Below are positions 28,769-38,706 of a stretch of DNA of 64,000 nt, in pieces (within the stretch, counting starts at the first letter, position 1; each line of letters opens with the position of its first letter). The notes below the pieces were generated by a model. The model was not told the origin of the DNA. It did no database searches and saw only the letters and a program-made list of their open reading frames with translations. The position numbers and the translations under genes are program-made. This DNA comes from Synechococcales cyanobacterium VAR_4_metabat_354 (GTDB lineage Bacteria; Cyanobacteriota; Cyanobacteriia; Cyanobacteriales; Chamaesiphonaceae). Location: NCBI GenBank assembly GCA_031414775.1, contig JANOQI010000056.1, positions 1 to 64,000 of the forward strand. Direction: 5' to 3'.

Positions 28769-30802
28769 ATGAGTGCAGCCCAGCCAGCCGTAACCCCCCA
28801 AAAGTTTCGATTTGATCGACAACTTTGGAAAAGATTTGTAGAAGTTGCCCAGCCCTATTTCTATCCACCAGGACCAAGGAGTTCGTCCCAATTTTTGTTT
28901 TTGGTATTGACCCAGCTAGTCTTTGTGGTGGCCTTCACCTTCTTTTTCATTGTAGTCTTGGCTTTAGTGGGTTTCCAGTTTGTGCCAAAGCTTTTTGCTG
29001 GGTTTACCAAAGAAATTATTTACCTGAAATTTCTCTCCGGCTTAGGGAAAACTCCGGCGGAAATTTTACAAGGTTTGCTGAGTTTCACGCCTTTTTACAT
29101 ATTTTTAGCACTGATCGTATTGAGTGCTGGTATTTTCTTTGCTTATCGAAACAAGCTTAAAGGGCGCGAAAAACAGTGGCTAATTTTAGGGGTCTTGCTA
29201 TTTTTGGCCTTTATTGTGAGCAGCCTGAACGTTCTAATCAGCTACGTTTTTCGCTTTATTGACAATGCCCTGAATGGCAAAAACCCGCAATTATTCTGGG
29301 AAAATTTGTGGATTTATGGCATTACTCTAGTCATTGCCATTCCGATTTTGATCGCCTACCGTTATACCCGTCGCCGTTTGGCCTTATTTTGGAGGGAATG
29401 GCTAACGACCAGCTTTTTAGATAGCTACTTTCAAGATCGCGCTTACTATGAGTTAGATTCTAACGCTGCCAATACCGATATAGATAACCCCGATCAGCGG
29501 ATCACCGAGGATGTGCGCGCCTTTACGGTTACTGTTCTCGATCTAATATTAGATATTTTAAACTCGGTCTTAGATCTGGTGGCTTTTACCGGCATTCTAT
29601 ACAGCATTTCCAAAGAACTCACTCTGGGGCTGGCTGGTTATGTATCGATCGGAACTCTGCTAGCGGTATCGATCGGTACCAAGCTGATTAAGCTCAACTT
29701 CAACCAACTGCGGTTTGAAGGGGACTTTCGTTATGGCATGGTGCATGTGCGGGACAATGCCGAATCGATCGCCTTTTATCAAGGGGAAAGTTTAGAGCGC
29801 CGTCAAGTTGAAGGGCGGCTCGGCCAAACCATCAAAAATTATAATTTTCTGATTATTTGGTTAGCCTTTTTAGATATTTTTCAGTATGCCTACAACTACT
29901 TTGCCCGGTTAGTACCGTATCTAATTGTGGCACCTTTGTATTTTGCTGGGAAAGTAGACTTCGGAACGATTGGCCAGGGCATATTTGCTTTCCAAATGGT
30001 ATTAGGTGCTTTGTCTCTAATTCCTACCCGTATTCAAGATATTTCTTCCTTTGCAGCCAGTATTGAGCGGCTGGGGATGCTCAACGAAAGGTTTGGCCGT
30101 CAAGCTGCCAACATTAGCGCCGAGGGCGATCGGATTCAAAACCATCTCTTTAGCCATTTCAAAATTAATCAATTAACATTGCGGACTCCAAACGCTGAGC
30201 AAACCCTATTTCAAAACCTCTCCTTTGAACTAGAATCATCCCAATCGCTGCTAGTAGTAGGAGCCAGTGGCCGGGGTAAGAGTTCTTTACTACGGGCGAT
30301 CGCTGGTCTGTGGCGGAATGGTTCGGGCACCATTGAAAGCCCTAATTTTCAGGAAGTGCTATTTTTGCCCCAGACTCCTTACATGTTGCTAGGTAGCCTC
30401 CGGGAACAGTTAGTCTATCCTAACCGCCGACCGGATATCACCGATCAAGAAATCCAGGCAGCTCTCACCAACGTAAATTTGGCTGATTTGATCGATCGCA
30501 TGGGCGGACTCGATAATGAAAAAGATTGGGCAACCGTGTTGTCGATCGGCGAACAACAGCGGCTCGCTTTTGCCCGGATTCTGCTGAGTCGTCCCCAATA
30601 CGTCATTTTGGATGAAGCGACCAGTGCCCTGGATGTCACCAATGAGCGGCGGTTGTACAAAATGTTGCAAGGTCTGGATATTACCTATATCAGCGTTGGC
30701 CATCGACCAAGCTTGGTCGATTACCACCAAAGAGTACTAGACCTGGGAGCCGCTAACGGCTGGCAGCTACTGGGGGCTAGCGATTATCAGTTTGCGCAAT
30801 AG
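28769..30802 (+). CDS. ABC transporter, fused permease/ATPase (ABCD/YddA-like)
   Basis: DNPDQRI, ESIAFY, GASGRGKSS, LSIGEQQRL, LDEATSALD. Confidence 0.92.
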   Translation: MSAAQPAVTPQKFRFDRQLWKRFVEVAQPYFYPPGPRSSSQFLFLVLTQLVFVVAFTFFFIVVLALVGFQFVPKLFAGFTKEIIYLKFLSGLGKTPAEILQGLLSFTPFYIFLALIVLSAGIFFAYRNKLKGREKQWLILGVLLFLAFIVSSLNVLISYVFRFIDNALNGKNPQLFWENLWIYGITLVIAIPILIAYRYTRRRLALFWREWLTTSFLDSYFQDRAYYELDSNAANTDIDNPDQRITEDVRAFTVTVLDLILDILNSVLDLVAFTGILYSISKELTLGLAGYVSIGTLLAVSIGTKLIKLNFNQLRFEGDFRYGMVHVRDNAESIAFYQGESLERRQVEGRLGQTIKNYNFLIIWLAFLDIFQYAYNYFARLVPYLIVAPLYFAGKVDFGTIGQGIFAFQMVLGALSLIPTRIQDISSFAASIERLGMLNERFGRQAANISAEGDRIQNHLFSHFKINQLTLRTPNAEQTLFQNLSFELESSQSLLVVGASGRGKSSLLRAIAGLWRNGSGTIESPNFQEVLFLPQTPYMLLGSLREQLVYPNRRPDITDQEIQAALTNVNLADLIDRMGGLDNEKDWATVLSIGEQQRLAFARILLSRPQYVILDEATSALDVTNERRLYKMLQGLDITYISVGHRPSLVDYHQRVLDLGAANGWQLLGASDYQFAQ

Positions 30803-30875
30803 CACTTTATGTTAGATGTTTCCGCTATACTATTTCGACATTAGAGAATTCAGCAGTTTGCCAACATTACCACCC

Positions 30876-32573
30876 ATGATTTTCCGAAAATACCTTGCCA
30901 TTGTTCTGTGTTGCATCTGTCTGCTAACGACTAGCTGTGGTGGAGGATCAGCGGGTGGTAATAATTCCCGCGCTGGCTGGATTACTGTCGGCACTAAAGA
31001 AAAACCTCGGACTCTCGACCCTGCCGATGCTTACGAGCTAAGCTCTTTTTCCATAATTACCAATGTGGGGGAACGACTCTACACCTACGAGCCCGGTAGT
31101 ACCGAACTAAAGCCCCAACTGGCCACGGCTTTACCCAAAATCAGCACTGATGGACTTACCTATACCATTCCCATTCGGCAGGGAGTGGTTTTTCATGATG
31201 GCAGCGCCTTTGATGCCGAGGCCATGGCGCATTCACTAAAGCGTTTTATCGCCCTGGGTGGCGGGCCCGCCTTCTTGTTAGCTGATCGCATTGATTATCT
31301 GCGCCCCGATCCGCAAGACAAAGAGAAGCCAGCGACCATCAATGCTGATGGTCTCAAAGCCACTGAAAAGTACGAGCTAACCATCAAGCTGAAACAACCC
31401 TTTGCTGCTTTTCCTTCACTTCTGGCCTTCCCAGGCGCTTGCGCCGTCTCCCCCCAGGCTTACCCCATTAAAGATGCTAAGGCCGAGGATAAATTCAAGA
31501 CTGATGACGATGGTTTTGTGGGGACTGGGCCTTACAAAATGCTGCCCAAAACCAGTGAAGGTCGGCTGGAACTAGTGGCCTTTGATAAATATTGGGGACC
31601 CCAGCCCGCCAATAAAGGCATCACTGTTCAAATATATTTAGGTAGCTCTTCCAATCTCTACAACTCTTTCAAAACCGGTGCAATAGATGTGGCCTATCTA
31701 TCGCTAGAGCCAGATCAGATTCGGAGCCTCCAAGATGGCCAAGCAACAAAAGGCTGGAAAGTAATTGAAGTAGACGGCAATGGTACAGTCTACATGATGC
31801 TGAATGTCACCCAACCACCTCTTGATAATCCCTTAGTTAGACAGGCGGTGGCAGCGATGATCGATCGACCGCTGATGAACGACCGAGTTTTGTATGGCCA
31901 GGGTAAACCTCTTTACAGTCTGATCCCAGCCAGTTTCAAAGAATCACAAGATAGCTTCAAAGCCGCCTATAGCAATCCCCAAGGCAGCGGTGATTTAGAA
32001 AAGTCGAAAGCTCTACTTAAGCAAGCTGGATTTTCACAGCAAAATCCCGCTCGGATTCCAGTTTGGTATCGCTCTAGCTCTTCCACTCATAAAATGATTG
32101 CTAACTTCTTGCGCGCCTATGCCAAGAAAAAAATGGATGGATTATTAGTATTTGAAACCAACGCCGCTGAAAAAGTATCCTTTACCAAAATGCTCAAGAC
32201 TGGTGCTTATCCAGTAGCTTTCCAAGATTGGTATCCAGACTTTATTGATGTTGATACTTACATCCAACCTTTTTTGGAATGCTCAAAAGGTGATAGCAAA
32301 GGCTGTAAATCAGGTGGCAGTAGTGAACAGGGTTCTTTTTATAATGATCCCCAAATGAATAAGCTGATTGCTGCTCAGGGGCAAATTGCCAATCCCCAAG
32401 AGCGGCTGAAGCTCATCACCCAAATCCAAGACCAAGCCGTGCGCGATGTTCCCCAAATCCCCCTCTGGCAGAGCAAGGACTTTATCTTTGCGCGTCCCGG
32501 CATTACTGGGGTGGGCACCGATCCTCTCCAGAATCTGAAATACTCCAACCTCAAAAAATCTGCTGCTCAGTAA
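30876..32573 (+). CDS. peptide/nickel ABC transporter substrate-binding lipoprotein
   Basis: Lipobox LTTSC, TLDPA, GVVFHDG, GTGPY. Confidence 0.92.
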   Translation: MIFRKYLAIVLCCICLLTTSCGGGSAGGNNSRAGWITVGTKEKPRTLDPADAYELSSFSIITNVGERLYTYEPGSTELKPQLATALPKISTDGLTYTIPIRQGVVFHDGSAFDAEAMAHSLKRFIALGGGPAFLLADRIDYLRPDPQDKEKPATINADGLKATEKYELTIKLKQPFAAFPSLLAFPGACAVSPQAYPIKDAKAEDKFKTDDDGFVGTGPYKMLPKTSEGRLELVAFDKYWGPQPANKGITVQIYLGSSSNLYNSFKTGAIDVAYLSLEPDQIRSLQDGQATKGWKVIEVDGNGTVYMMLNVTQPPLDNPLVRQAVAAMIDRPLMNDRVLYGQGKPLYSLIPASFKESQDSFKAAYSNPQGSGDLEKSKALLKQAGFSQQNPARIPVWYRSSSSTHKMIANFLRAYAKKKMDGLLVFETNAAEKVSFTKMLKTGAYPVAFQDWYPDFIDVDTYIQPFLECSKGDSKGCKSGGSSEQGSFYNDPQMNKLIAAQGQIANPQERLKLITQIQDQAVRDVPQIPLWQSKDFIFARPGITGVGTDPLQNLKYSNLKKSAAQ

Positions 32574-32578
32574 TTACT

Positions 32579-33604
32579 ATGTCTAGATTAAAGTCTCTCC
32601 AATACTATTTACTGGCCAGATTGTTATTAGCGCCGCTGATGCTCTGGACAATCGTCACGATTATCTTTTTGCTGATGCGTGCTACCCCCGGCGATCCAGT
32701 CGATGCGATCGTCGGTTCACGGGCTTCCCAAACGATTAAAGACGAGATGCGAGTAAAGTTAGGACTAGATAAATCTTTGTGGGAGCAGTATGGCGCTTAT
32801 CTAGATAAGTTATTCCACTTCGACTTGGGCAAGTCCATTACTAGTTCGGGTAAGGCCGTAACTACGATTATTTCCGATCACTTCCCCGCCACGCTAGAAC
32901 TAGCCGTCGGTGCAATTTTGGTGGCATTTACTGTGGGTATTACGATCGGAGTGATTTCAGCAGCCAAGCGTGATACTGGCGTAGAGGCGGCTGGTCGGCT
33001 GTTTGGGGTGATTAGCTACTCTTTACCGATTTTCTGGGTGGGAATGCTACTGCAACTAGTTTTTGCGGTGAATCTCAACTGGTTTCCTCTGGGTGGTAGA
33101 TTTCCCTCGACAGCAACACCACCCGACCGCATTTTTGGTCTGTATTCGATCGATAGCCTGCTCCATTTAAATTTGGGTCAGTTTTTCACCTCCATTCATC
33201 ATTTATTCTTGCCCTGTTTCACCCTAGGAATATTACTAAGCGGAATTTTCGAGCGAATTGTACGGGTCAACCTCAAAGAAAATTTGAAGTCGGACTATGT
33301 GGAAGCAGCTAGGGCCAGAGGCATTCCGGAACAGCGAATTCTGCTAGTTCATGCCCTCAAAAATTCTTTAATTCCGGTGATTACGGTGTTAGGTTTAACC
33401 ACCGCTTCACTGCTGGGGGGAGCGGTGCTAACGGAAGTGACTTTTTCCTGGCCGGGTTTGGCTGGTCGATTGTATGAGGCGATCTCTGCTCGGGACTATC
33501 CAACAATTCAAGGAATCATGGTTTTCTTTGCCATGATCGTGGTGTTTGCCAGCATTATCATTGATGTGATTAATGCTTGGATCGATCCCAGAATTAAATA
33601 TTAG
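32579..33604 (+). CDS. peptide ABC transporter permease (DppB/OppB-like)
   Basis: PGDP, FPATLELA, YVEAARARG, DPRI. Confidence 0.94.
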   Translation: MSRLKSLQYYLLARLLLAPLMLWTIVTIIFLLMRATPGDPVDAIVGSRASQTIKDEMRVKLGLDKSLWEQYGAYLDKLFHFDLGKSITSSGKAVTTIISDHFPATLELAVGAILVAFTVGITIGVISAAKRDTGVEAAGRLFGVISYSLPIFWVGMLLQLVFAVNLNWFPLGGRFPSTATPPDRIFGLYSIDSLLHLNLGQFFTSIHHLFLPCFTLGILLSGIFERIVRVNLKENLKSDYVEAARARGIPEQRILLVHALKNSLIPVITVLGLTTASLLGGAVLTEVTFSWPGLAGRLYEAISARDYPTIQGIMVFFAMIVVFASIIIDVINAWIDPRIKY

Positions 33605-33638
33605 CGACTTTTTTAATTAGCTAATAATATAAAGCTTT

Positions 33639-34067
33639 TCAGGCTAAGTTTTCTCCTTGATTTTCTCGGCGATAACGCTTCATCCATCGATAGGAAACTA
33701 TATTCAAGAGCAAGCCAATCAGGACTAAGATCGTCATGAGTGCAATTTGATACCAAGCAATCGGACTGACCAATAAATCAGCCAACAGGTGAGAAAAATT
33801 GAGAACTGAGTAAACAACAGTTAGCCAAAAGTGAAAAATACGATATCTTTGATGATCGGTAAAGGTTGGCAGGATAATGGCCATTAAGGGCGGAACAAAA
33901 AAAGCTAGCATTGACCAAAGAATCCAGGAAATATTTTGGTTGTCCTGAGAATGTGCAATATTTTGGCCGTGGAATAAGGGCATCAACCCCAAATCAGTAT
34001 GAAAGAGCAGTGCTAGCAAAAAAGCTGTCCAGAGAGACATAATTTGGCTGGTATAATTCGGTTGCAT
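33639..34067 (-). CDS. four-TM hypothetical membrane protein
   Basis: Four hydrophobic segments; LFHTDLGLMPLFHG. Confidence 0.75.
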   Translation of the reverse strand: MQPNYTSQIMSLWTAFLLALLFHTDLGLMPLFHGQNIAHSQDNQNISWILWSMLAFFVPPLMAIILPTFTDHQRYRIFHFWLTVVYSVLNFSHLLADLLVSPIAWYQIALMTILVLIGLLLNIVSYRWMKRYRRENQGENLA

Positions 34068-34096
34068 CAGCTCTACACCTTATTAGTATTGGTAAA

Positions 34097-35701
34097 TCAT
34101 TCTTTTACTAAGACTTCGGCCAACTGCTGAGATAAATTTATAATTCGAGCACAGCTTTCGGCGTGCCAGACTTTAAACTTACTGTTGATATTACCCGCAA
34201 TTAATGGCCCCATTAAATAAAAATTTTTGTTGAGTTCAAAGTTTTCATTAACTGTAAAACCACAGTGAGAATCATTGGGTACACAGATTTCGCGTTTAAT
34301 TAAATTGTTAATCAAAGCCGATGATGATGCGGTTAAGTCTTGGAAACCTGCACAATTAATGACGACTTTAACAGAGGTTGGGAACTGCTTTGGTTGACCA
34401 TATTCATCCATATATTCAAAACCTTGCTCCCGATCTTTCAGCAACAAGGTTCTGACCAACTTGCCTTTCAACATTTCTAATTTACCAATATCAATTAAAT
34501 TCTCAACTACACTCAAATAGTCTGATCCAGCGCGTCTTTGGAACTTACCAATTTCCACTCCGTATTTAATCACGAATAGCTTTTGTTCAGCGGGAGAAAG
34601 TTGCTGCAAAACATCAATGATACCCTTGGAAATCAGGGCATAAGTACTACCAACAGTCTCATTTTGGGCTAAGGCACTAGCGACATCTTCTTGAACAGCC
34701 TGCAGCATCTTTTGGGCTGTCGGTTCCGGAGATTGCAGTAGCGATTGTAGCGCCCGAGGTTGATATTGATCCGCAGTGGTGGCCGGGCAGATCCGGTGGG
34801 GGAAAGAAGCGTTGGGGGAAATAACAATGAACTTGCCGATCGATCCCAAAGTTTCAGGGTGATTATTCAAGCTATAGATAGTTTCTAGCGCACTAGCATT
34901 AGAACCCACAATTAGAACCTGATTTTGGTGCGGATTAAGGGATTTTTTTAAGATCTGGCCGATCCGATCAATGCTAGAAGACTGAGACGGGTCATACATA
35001 TTTTCGATATAACAGAACTCATCGCCCACAGCAGGCGTGGGAGCCAACCGACTGCTCTTATTCGGCGGGCTACCAATAGCCAAGATAACCTTCTGTGCCA
35101 TTAAAAAAGACGGAGTTTGATCCGGAGAACTCATCTCGAGCTGATACATATCATCAACTAATTGCAGATCGATCACATCAGCTGTTAGCAGACTGCACTC
35201 CACAATATCTTTAGCTTCCTGTAGCAATCGATCGATACGTTCTTGTAAATATAATCCAACCGTATAGCGAGGGATAAATAGCTCTTCCCACAACCCCGCA
35301 GACATATCTGGGGCATGTAAATCTTGCCAGTGGCTAGCCAGTAAACCCGCCTGGCGACTGGGAGTATTAAATACCTCACTATAATTTTGACTGAGCCACT
35401 GCTTAAAATTATCTAGTTCTGGCTGCGGAAAAAACTCTTTCAGGGAAGAAATAATTAAGGACTGTTGACCAGATCTCTGACCATAGGCAATACCAGTCCA
35501 GAATTCATCAGCCTTATCTATTATTGCTAATTTAACCGGTTTTATTGGTGCTTGTTTTAACAGTAGTGAAATATAGTGAATTACCGTATAAGTACAAGAT
35601 ATCCCTGAACCAATGATCGCAATGTCACAATTATTGTCCAAAGACAGACCACTTAGTTGAGTTTCAGAAAAAAGATTTATGGCTATGCTGGAGTTTTGCA
35701 T
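34097..35701 (-). CDS. FAD/NAD(P)-binding oxidoreductase
   Basis: IAIIGSGISC, GIAYG, ILAIGS, IVGSNAS, VINCAG. Confidence 0.8.
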   Translation of the reverse strand: MQNSSIAINLFSETQLSGLSLDNNCDIAIIGSGISCTYTVIHYISLLLKQAPIKPVKLAIIDKADEFWTGIAYGQRSGQQSLIISSLKEFFPQPELDNFKQWLSQNYSEVFNTPSRQAGLLASHWQDLHAPDMSAGLWEELFIPRYTVGLYLQERIDRLLQEAKDIVECSLLTADVIDLQLVDDMYQLEMSSPDQTPSFLMAQKVILAIGSPPNKSSRLAPTPAVGDEFCYIENMYDPSQSSSIDRIGQILKKSLNPHQNQVLIVGSNASALETIYSLNNHPETLGSIGKFIVISPNASFPHRICPATTADQYQPRALQSLLQSPEPTAQKMLQAVQEDVASALAQNETVGSTYALISKGIIDVLQQLSPAEQKLFVIKYGVEIGKFQRRAGSDYLSVVENLIDIGKLEMLKGKLVRTLLLKDREQGFEYMDEYGQPKQFPTSVKVVINCAGFQDLTASSSALINNLIKREICVPNDSHCGFTVNENFELNKNFYLMGPLIAGNINSKFKVWHAESCARIINLSQQLAEVLVKE

Positions 35702-35937
35702 ACTAGCTATATTACAAAGATTTAATTGTTAACAATACTGATGGCAAATTATCGCAGCTTTTATCAATCCAAGGAAAAACCATGCTGTCAATACTAATGT
35801 TTACATGACAACAATGTGTGAATCAGGAGAGAAATTGGGAAGAATAATTTATAGATTGATTAATAATTAATTACTCTTAATCTGTGCCTTATATCTATTG
35901 TATATAATACTTCTTGGAACATTGTGTTGGCAAGCAG

Positions 35938-36609
35938 ATGAATAGAAATACTAAATCTATGTACTTGTACGGGGCTGGAGGACACTCAAAGGTTATCACC
36001 GACATACTACAAAGTCTAAATATTACAGTAGTCGGGGTGTTTGATGACCAACCGACGGGTGCCAAACTGAAGGGCATCGAAATAGATGCTGGGGTAAAGA
36101 TTCAGAAAAATAGCTTTCCAAAATTAGATGCGCCATTGATCATCAGTGTCGGCGACAATACTAGACGCGCCGAGCTGGCTCGCATGATTACGGCAACCTA
36201 TGGTCAAGCTATTCATGGTACTGCCATTGTTTCGGCTAAAGCCTCGATCGGCGAGGGGACAGTGATTCTCCAAGGTGCGATCGTCCAATCAGCAGCACAA
36301 GTTGGCAAGCATGTACTAATTAATACGGCGGCCAGTATCGATCATGACAATGTGATTGGTGACTATGCTCATATTTCACCCCATGCAACGTTGTGTGGCC
36401 ATGTGCAAGTTGGGGAAGGCACACACATTGGGGCAGGTGCAGTAGTTATTCCATCTATACGGATTGGGCAGTGGTGTACGATCGGAGCTGGCGCAGTAGT
36501 AATTCGAGATATTCCAGATTTTGCCACAGCCGTCGGCAACCCAGCCCAAGTAATTAAGGTGAAAGGACAACTCCGGCACAACCTATTTATAAAACCCCAG
36601 AAGAATTGA
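35938..36609 (+). CDS. sugar O/N-acetyltransferase (NeuD/PglD-like, left-handed beta-helix)
   Basis: GAGGHSKV, IDHD, hexapeptide repeats, VGNPA. Confidence 0.9.
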   Translation: MNRNTKSMYLYGAGGHSKVITDILQSLNITVVGVFDDQPTGAKLKGIEIDAGVKIQKNSFPKLDAPLIISVGDNTRRAELARMITATYGQAIHGTAIVSAKASIGEGTVILQGAIVQSAAQVGKHVLINTAASIDHDNVIGDYAHISPHATLCGHVQVGEGTHIGAGAVVIPSIRIGQWCTIGAGAVVIRDIPDFATAVGNPAQVIKVKGQLRHNLFIKPQKN

Positions 36610-36700
36610 CTCAACAATGAGAAGAAAATGAGTAAAAGTACTTTCAGATATAGCTTCCAGTAATATTGATCTCACTAAAGAAATCTTTACTTGCTAAATA

Positions 36701-37363
36701 ATGTTAGAAGCTTTTACGGCTGGATTACTGTTAATCACAGCTGCTGAGTTAGGAGATAAAACCTTCTTCATGGCCATGATTTTGGCTACCCGCTATCCCA
36801 GAAAGCCAGTTTTGTTCGGGGTCGTGGGAGCACTGGCGACAATGACAGTTCTCTCAGTGGGTATTGGACAGTTTCTGACATTACTACCCCAGTTTTTAGC
36901 TCAGTATTTACCCCCCAGTCTCTTGGGTATTACTCATATTTCTCTTCAGCAAATTGCGGCTTTATTATTTTTCTTATTTGGTCTCAAGCTATTGTACGAA
37001 TCCCGGCAGATGTCCGCCCAGACGGATCTGGAAGTGAGAGCAGCAGCAGCAGCAGCAGTAACAGCCGGAGACCGAAAATTTCACCAGCGCAACACGACCT
37101 GGAAAATCATTATCGAGAGCTTTGTGCTCACTTTTGTGGCGGAGTGGGGCGATCGCACTCAAATTACCACCATTACCCTGGCCGCAGCTCACCAAGCTAG
37201 TGGCGTTATGCTAGGTGGTATTGTTGGTCACACCATTTGTTCGTTAATTGCAGTATGGGGTGGCAAGGTCATTGCTGGCCGGATCTCCGAACAGATAATT
37301 ACAATTATTGGTGGAGTATTGTTCATTTTGTTTGCGGTACTAGCAATTTGGCCAGGGAGTTAG
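36701..37363 (+). CDS. TMEM165/GDT1 (UPF0016) Mn/Ca transporter
   Basis: Two ExGD(K/R)T motifs: ELGDKT and EWGDRT. Confidence 0.93.
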   Translation: MLEAFTAGLLLITAAELGDKTFFMAMILATRYPRKPVLFGVVGALATMTVLSVGIGQFLTLLPQFLAQYLPPSLLGITHISLQQIAALLFFLFGLKLLYESRQMSAQTDLEVRAAAAAAVTAGDRKFHQRNTTWKIIIESFVLTFVAEWGDRTQITTITLAAAHQASGVMLGGIVGHTICSLIAVWGGKVIAGRISEQIITIIGGVLFILFAVLAIWPGS

Positions 37364-37499
37364 GAATGCGGGCCTGGGAAAAGATTGGTTTTTACTCAGA
37401 GAATATTGAAACTCCGATCAGGAAATGGCGAACCTCCTCATTATTTATAAACGCTGCGGTACCGAACTATAATGCCGTAAGTTAAAAAACAACTATTTT

Positions 37500-38561
37500 A
37501 TGGATCGACTGCTATCTAGCTACCTTTATCAATTACCAGAAGAACTAATCGCCCAAATGCCGGTGGTGCCTCGGGATCAGTCGCGACTATTAGTAGTAAG
37601 TGCAAAAGAACACGAGCATCGCCAGTTTTTTGAAATTGCCGACTTACTGCAACCGGGAGATTTATTGGTGTTTAATAACACCAAAGTAATGCCAGCCCGA
37701 TTGCACGGGCACAAAGTTAGCGGAGCCAAGATAGAGGCATTATTGCTCTCCGAAAAAAGTAGGAATACTTGGTTGGCGTTGGTGAAACCAGGACGGAAGC
37801 TACCGATCGGCACCAAGCTGGTCTTTCCAGCACTGACTGACAATTCACCAGATTTAGTGGCGGAGATTGTCGATCGAGATGAACCAACAGGTGGTCGGAT
37901 TTTGCAATTTTTGGTACCAAGCGATCGACCATTGCTGGAAATTTTAGATAATTATGGTCAAATTCCTTTTCCGCCCTATGTGACGGCCAATACGGCGACA
38001 GCGGAGCAGTATCAGACGGTCTACGCCCAAGATCCGGGTTCGGTAGCAGCGCCTACGGCGGGTTTACATTTTACCGATGAGTTACTAGTGCAGTTAGCGA
38101 AGCGGGGAATTGAACAGGCACAGGTCACGCTACATGTGGGAGTAGGCACTTTTCGCCCAGTAACAGTTGAGAATATTCTGGATCATCAAATGCATAGTGA
38201 ATGGCTGGTGGTGCCAGAGATTACCGTAGCTAAAGCTTTGGCGACTAGGGAACGGGGGAATAAAGTATATGCAGTGGGGACTACTACTGTTCGATCGCTA
38301 GAAACAGCGGCTCAGTCAGGAGAGTTGTTGCCTTATAGTGGCCAGACGGATATTTTCATTTATCCCGGTTATCAGTGGCGGGTGGTGGATGGCCTGGTAA
38401 CTAATTTCCATTTGCCGGGATCGAGTTTGCTGATGTTGGTGAGTGCTCTGCTGGGGCGAGAAAGATTGTTGGATTTGTATGGAGTTGCAATCGAAGAAGG
38501 CTATCGTTTTTATTCTTTTGGTGATGCCATGCTGATTCTACCAGCAGCCATTCTCGGTTAA
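37500..38561 (+). CDS. queA: SAM:tRNA ribosyltransferase-isomerase
   Basis: YQTVYA, SVAAPTAGLHF, LHVGVGTF, TNFHLP, YRFYSFGDAM. Confidence 0.98.
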   Translation: MDRLLSSYLYQLPEELIAQMPVVPRDQSRLLVVSAKEHEHRQFFEIADLLQPGDLLVFNNTKVMPARLHGHKVSGAKIEALLLSEKSRNTWLALVKPGRKLPIGTKLVFPALTDNSPDLVAEIVDRDEPTGGRILQFLVPSDRPLLEILDNYGQIPFPPYVTANTATAEQYQTVYAQDPGSVAAPTAGLHFTDELLVQLAKRGIEQAQVTLHVGVGTFRPVTVENILDHQMHSEWLVVPEITVAKALATRERGNKVYAVGTTTVRSLETAAQSGELLPYSGQTDIFIYPGYQWRVVDGLVTNFHLPGSSLLMLVSALLGRERLLDLYGVAIEEGYRFYSFGDAMLILPAAILG

Positions 38562-38602
38562 TTTAGTTGTTGGATTTTGCTTAATCCTCTAACCAACTAA
38601 AT
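38561..38602 (+). terminator. stem-loop after queA
   Basis: atttagttg ... caactaaat inverted repeat. Confidence 0.45.
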
Positions 38603-38706
38603 AATTGGCCAACCGTATATTTGAACCTACTGCTCGCCCACCAGTGACAATCTAAGCCTTAGAATAGGTAACTTACAGCATTTAATTTCTTCTATTGGAG
38701 TCGGTC

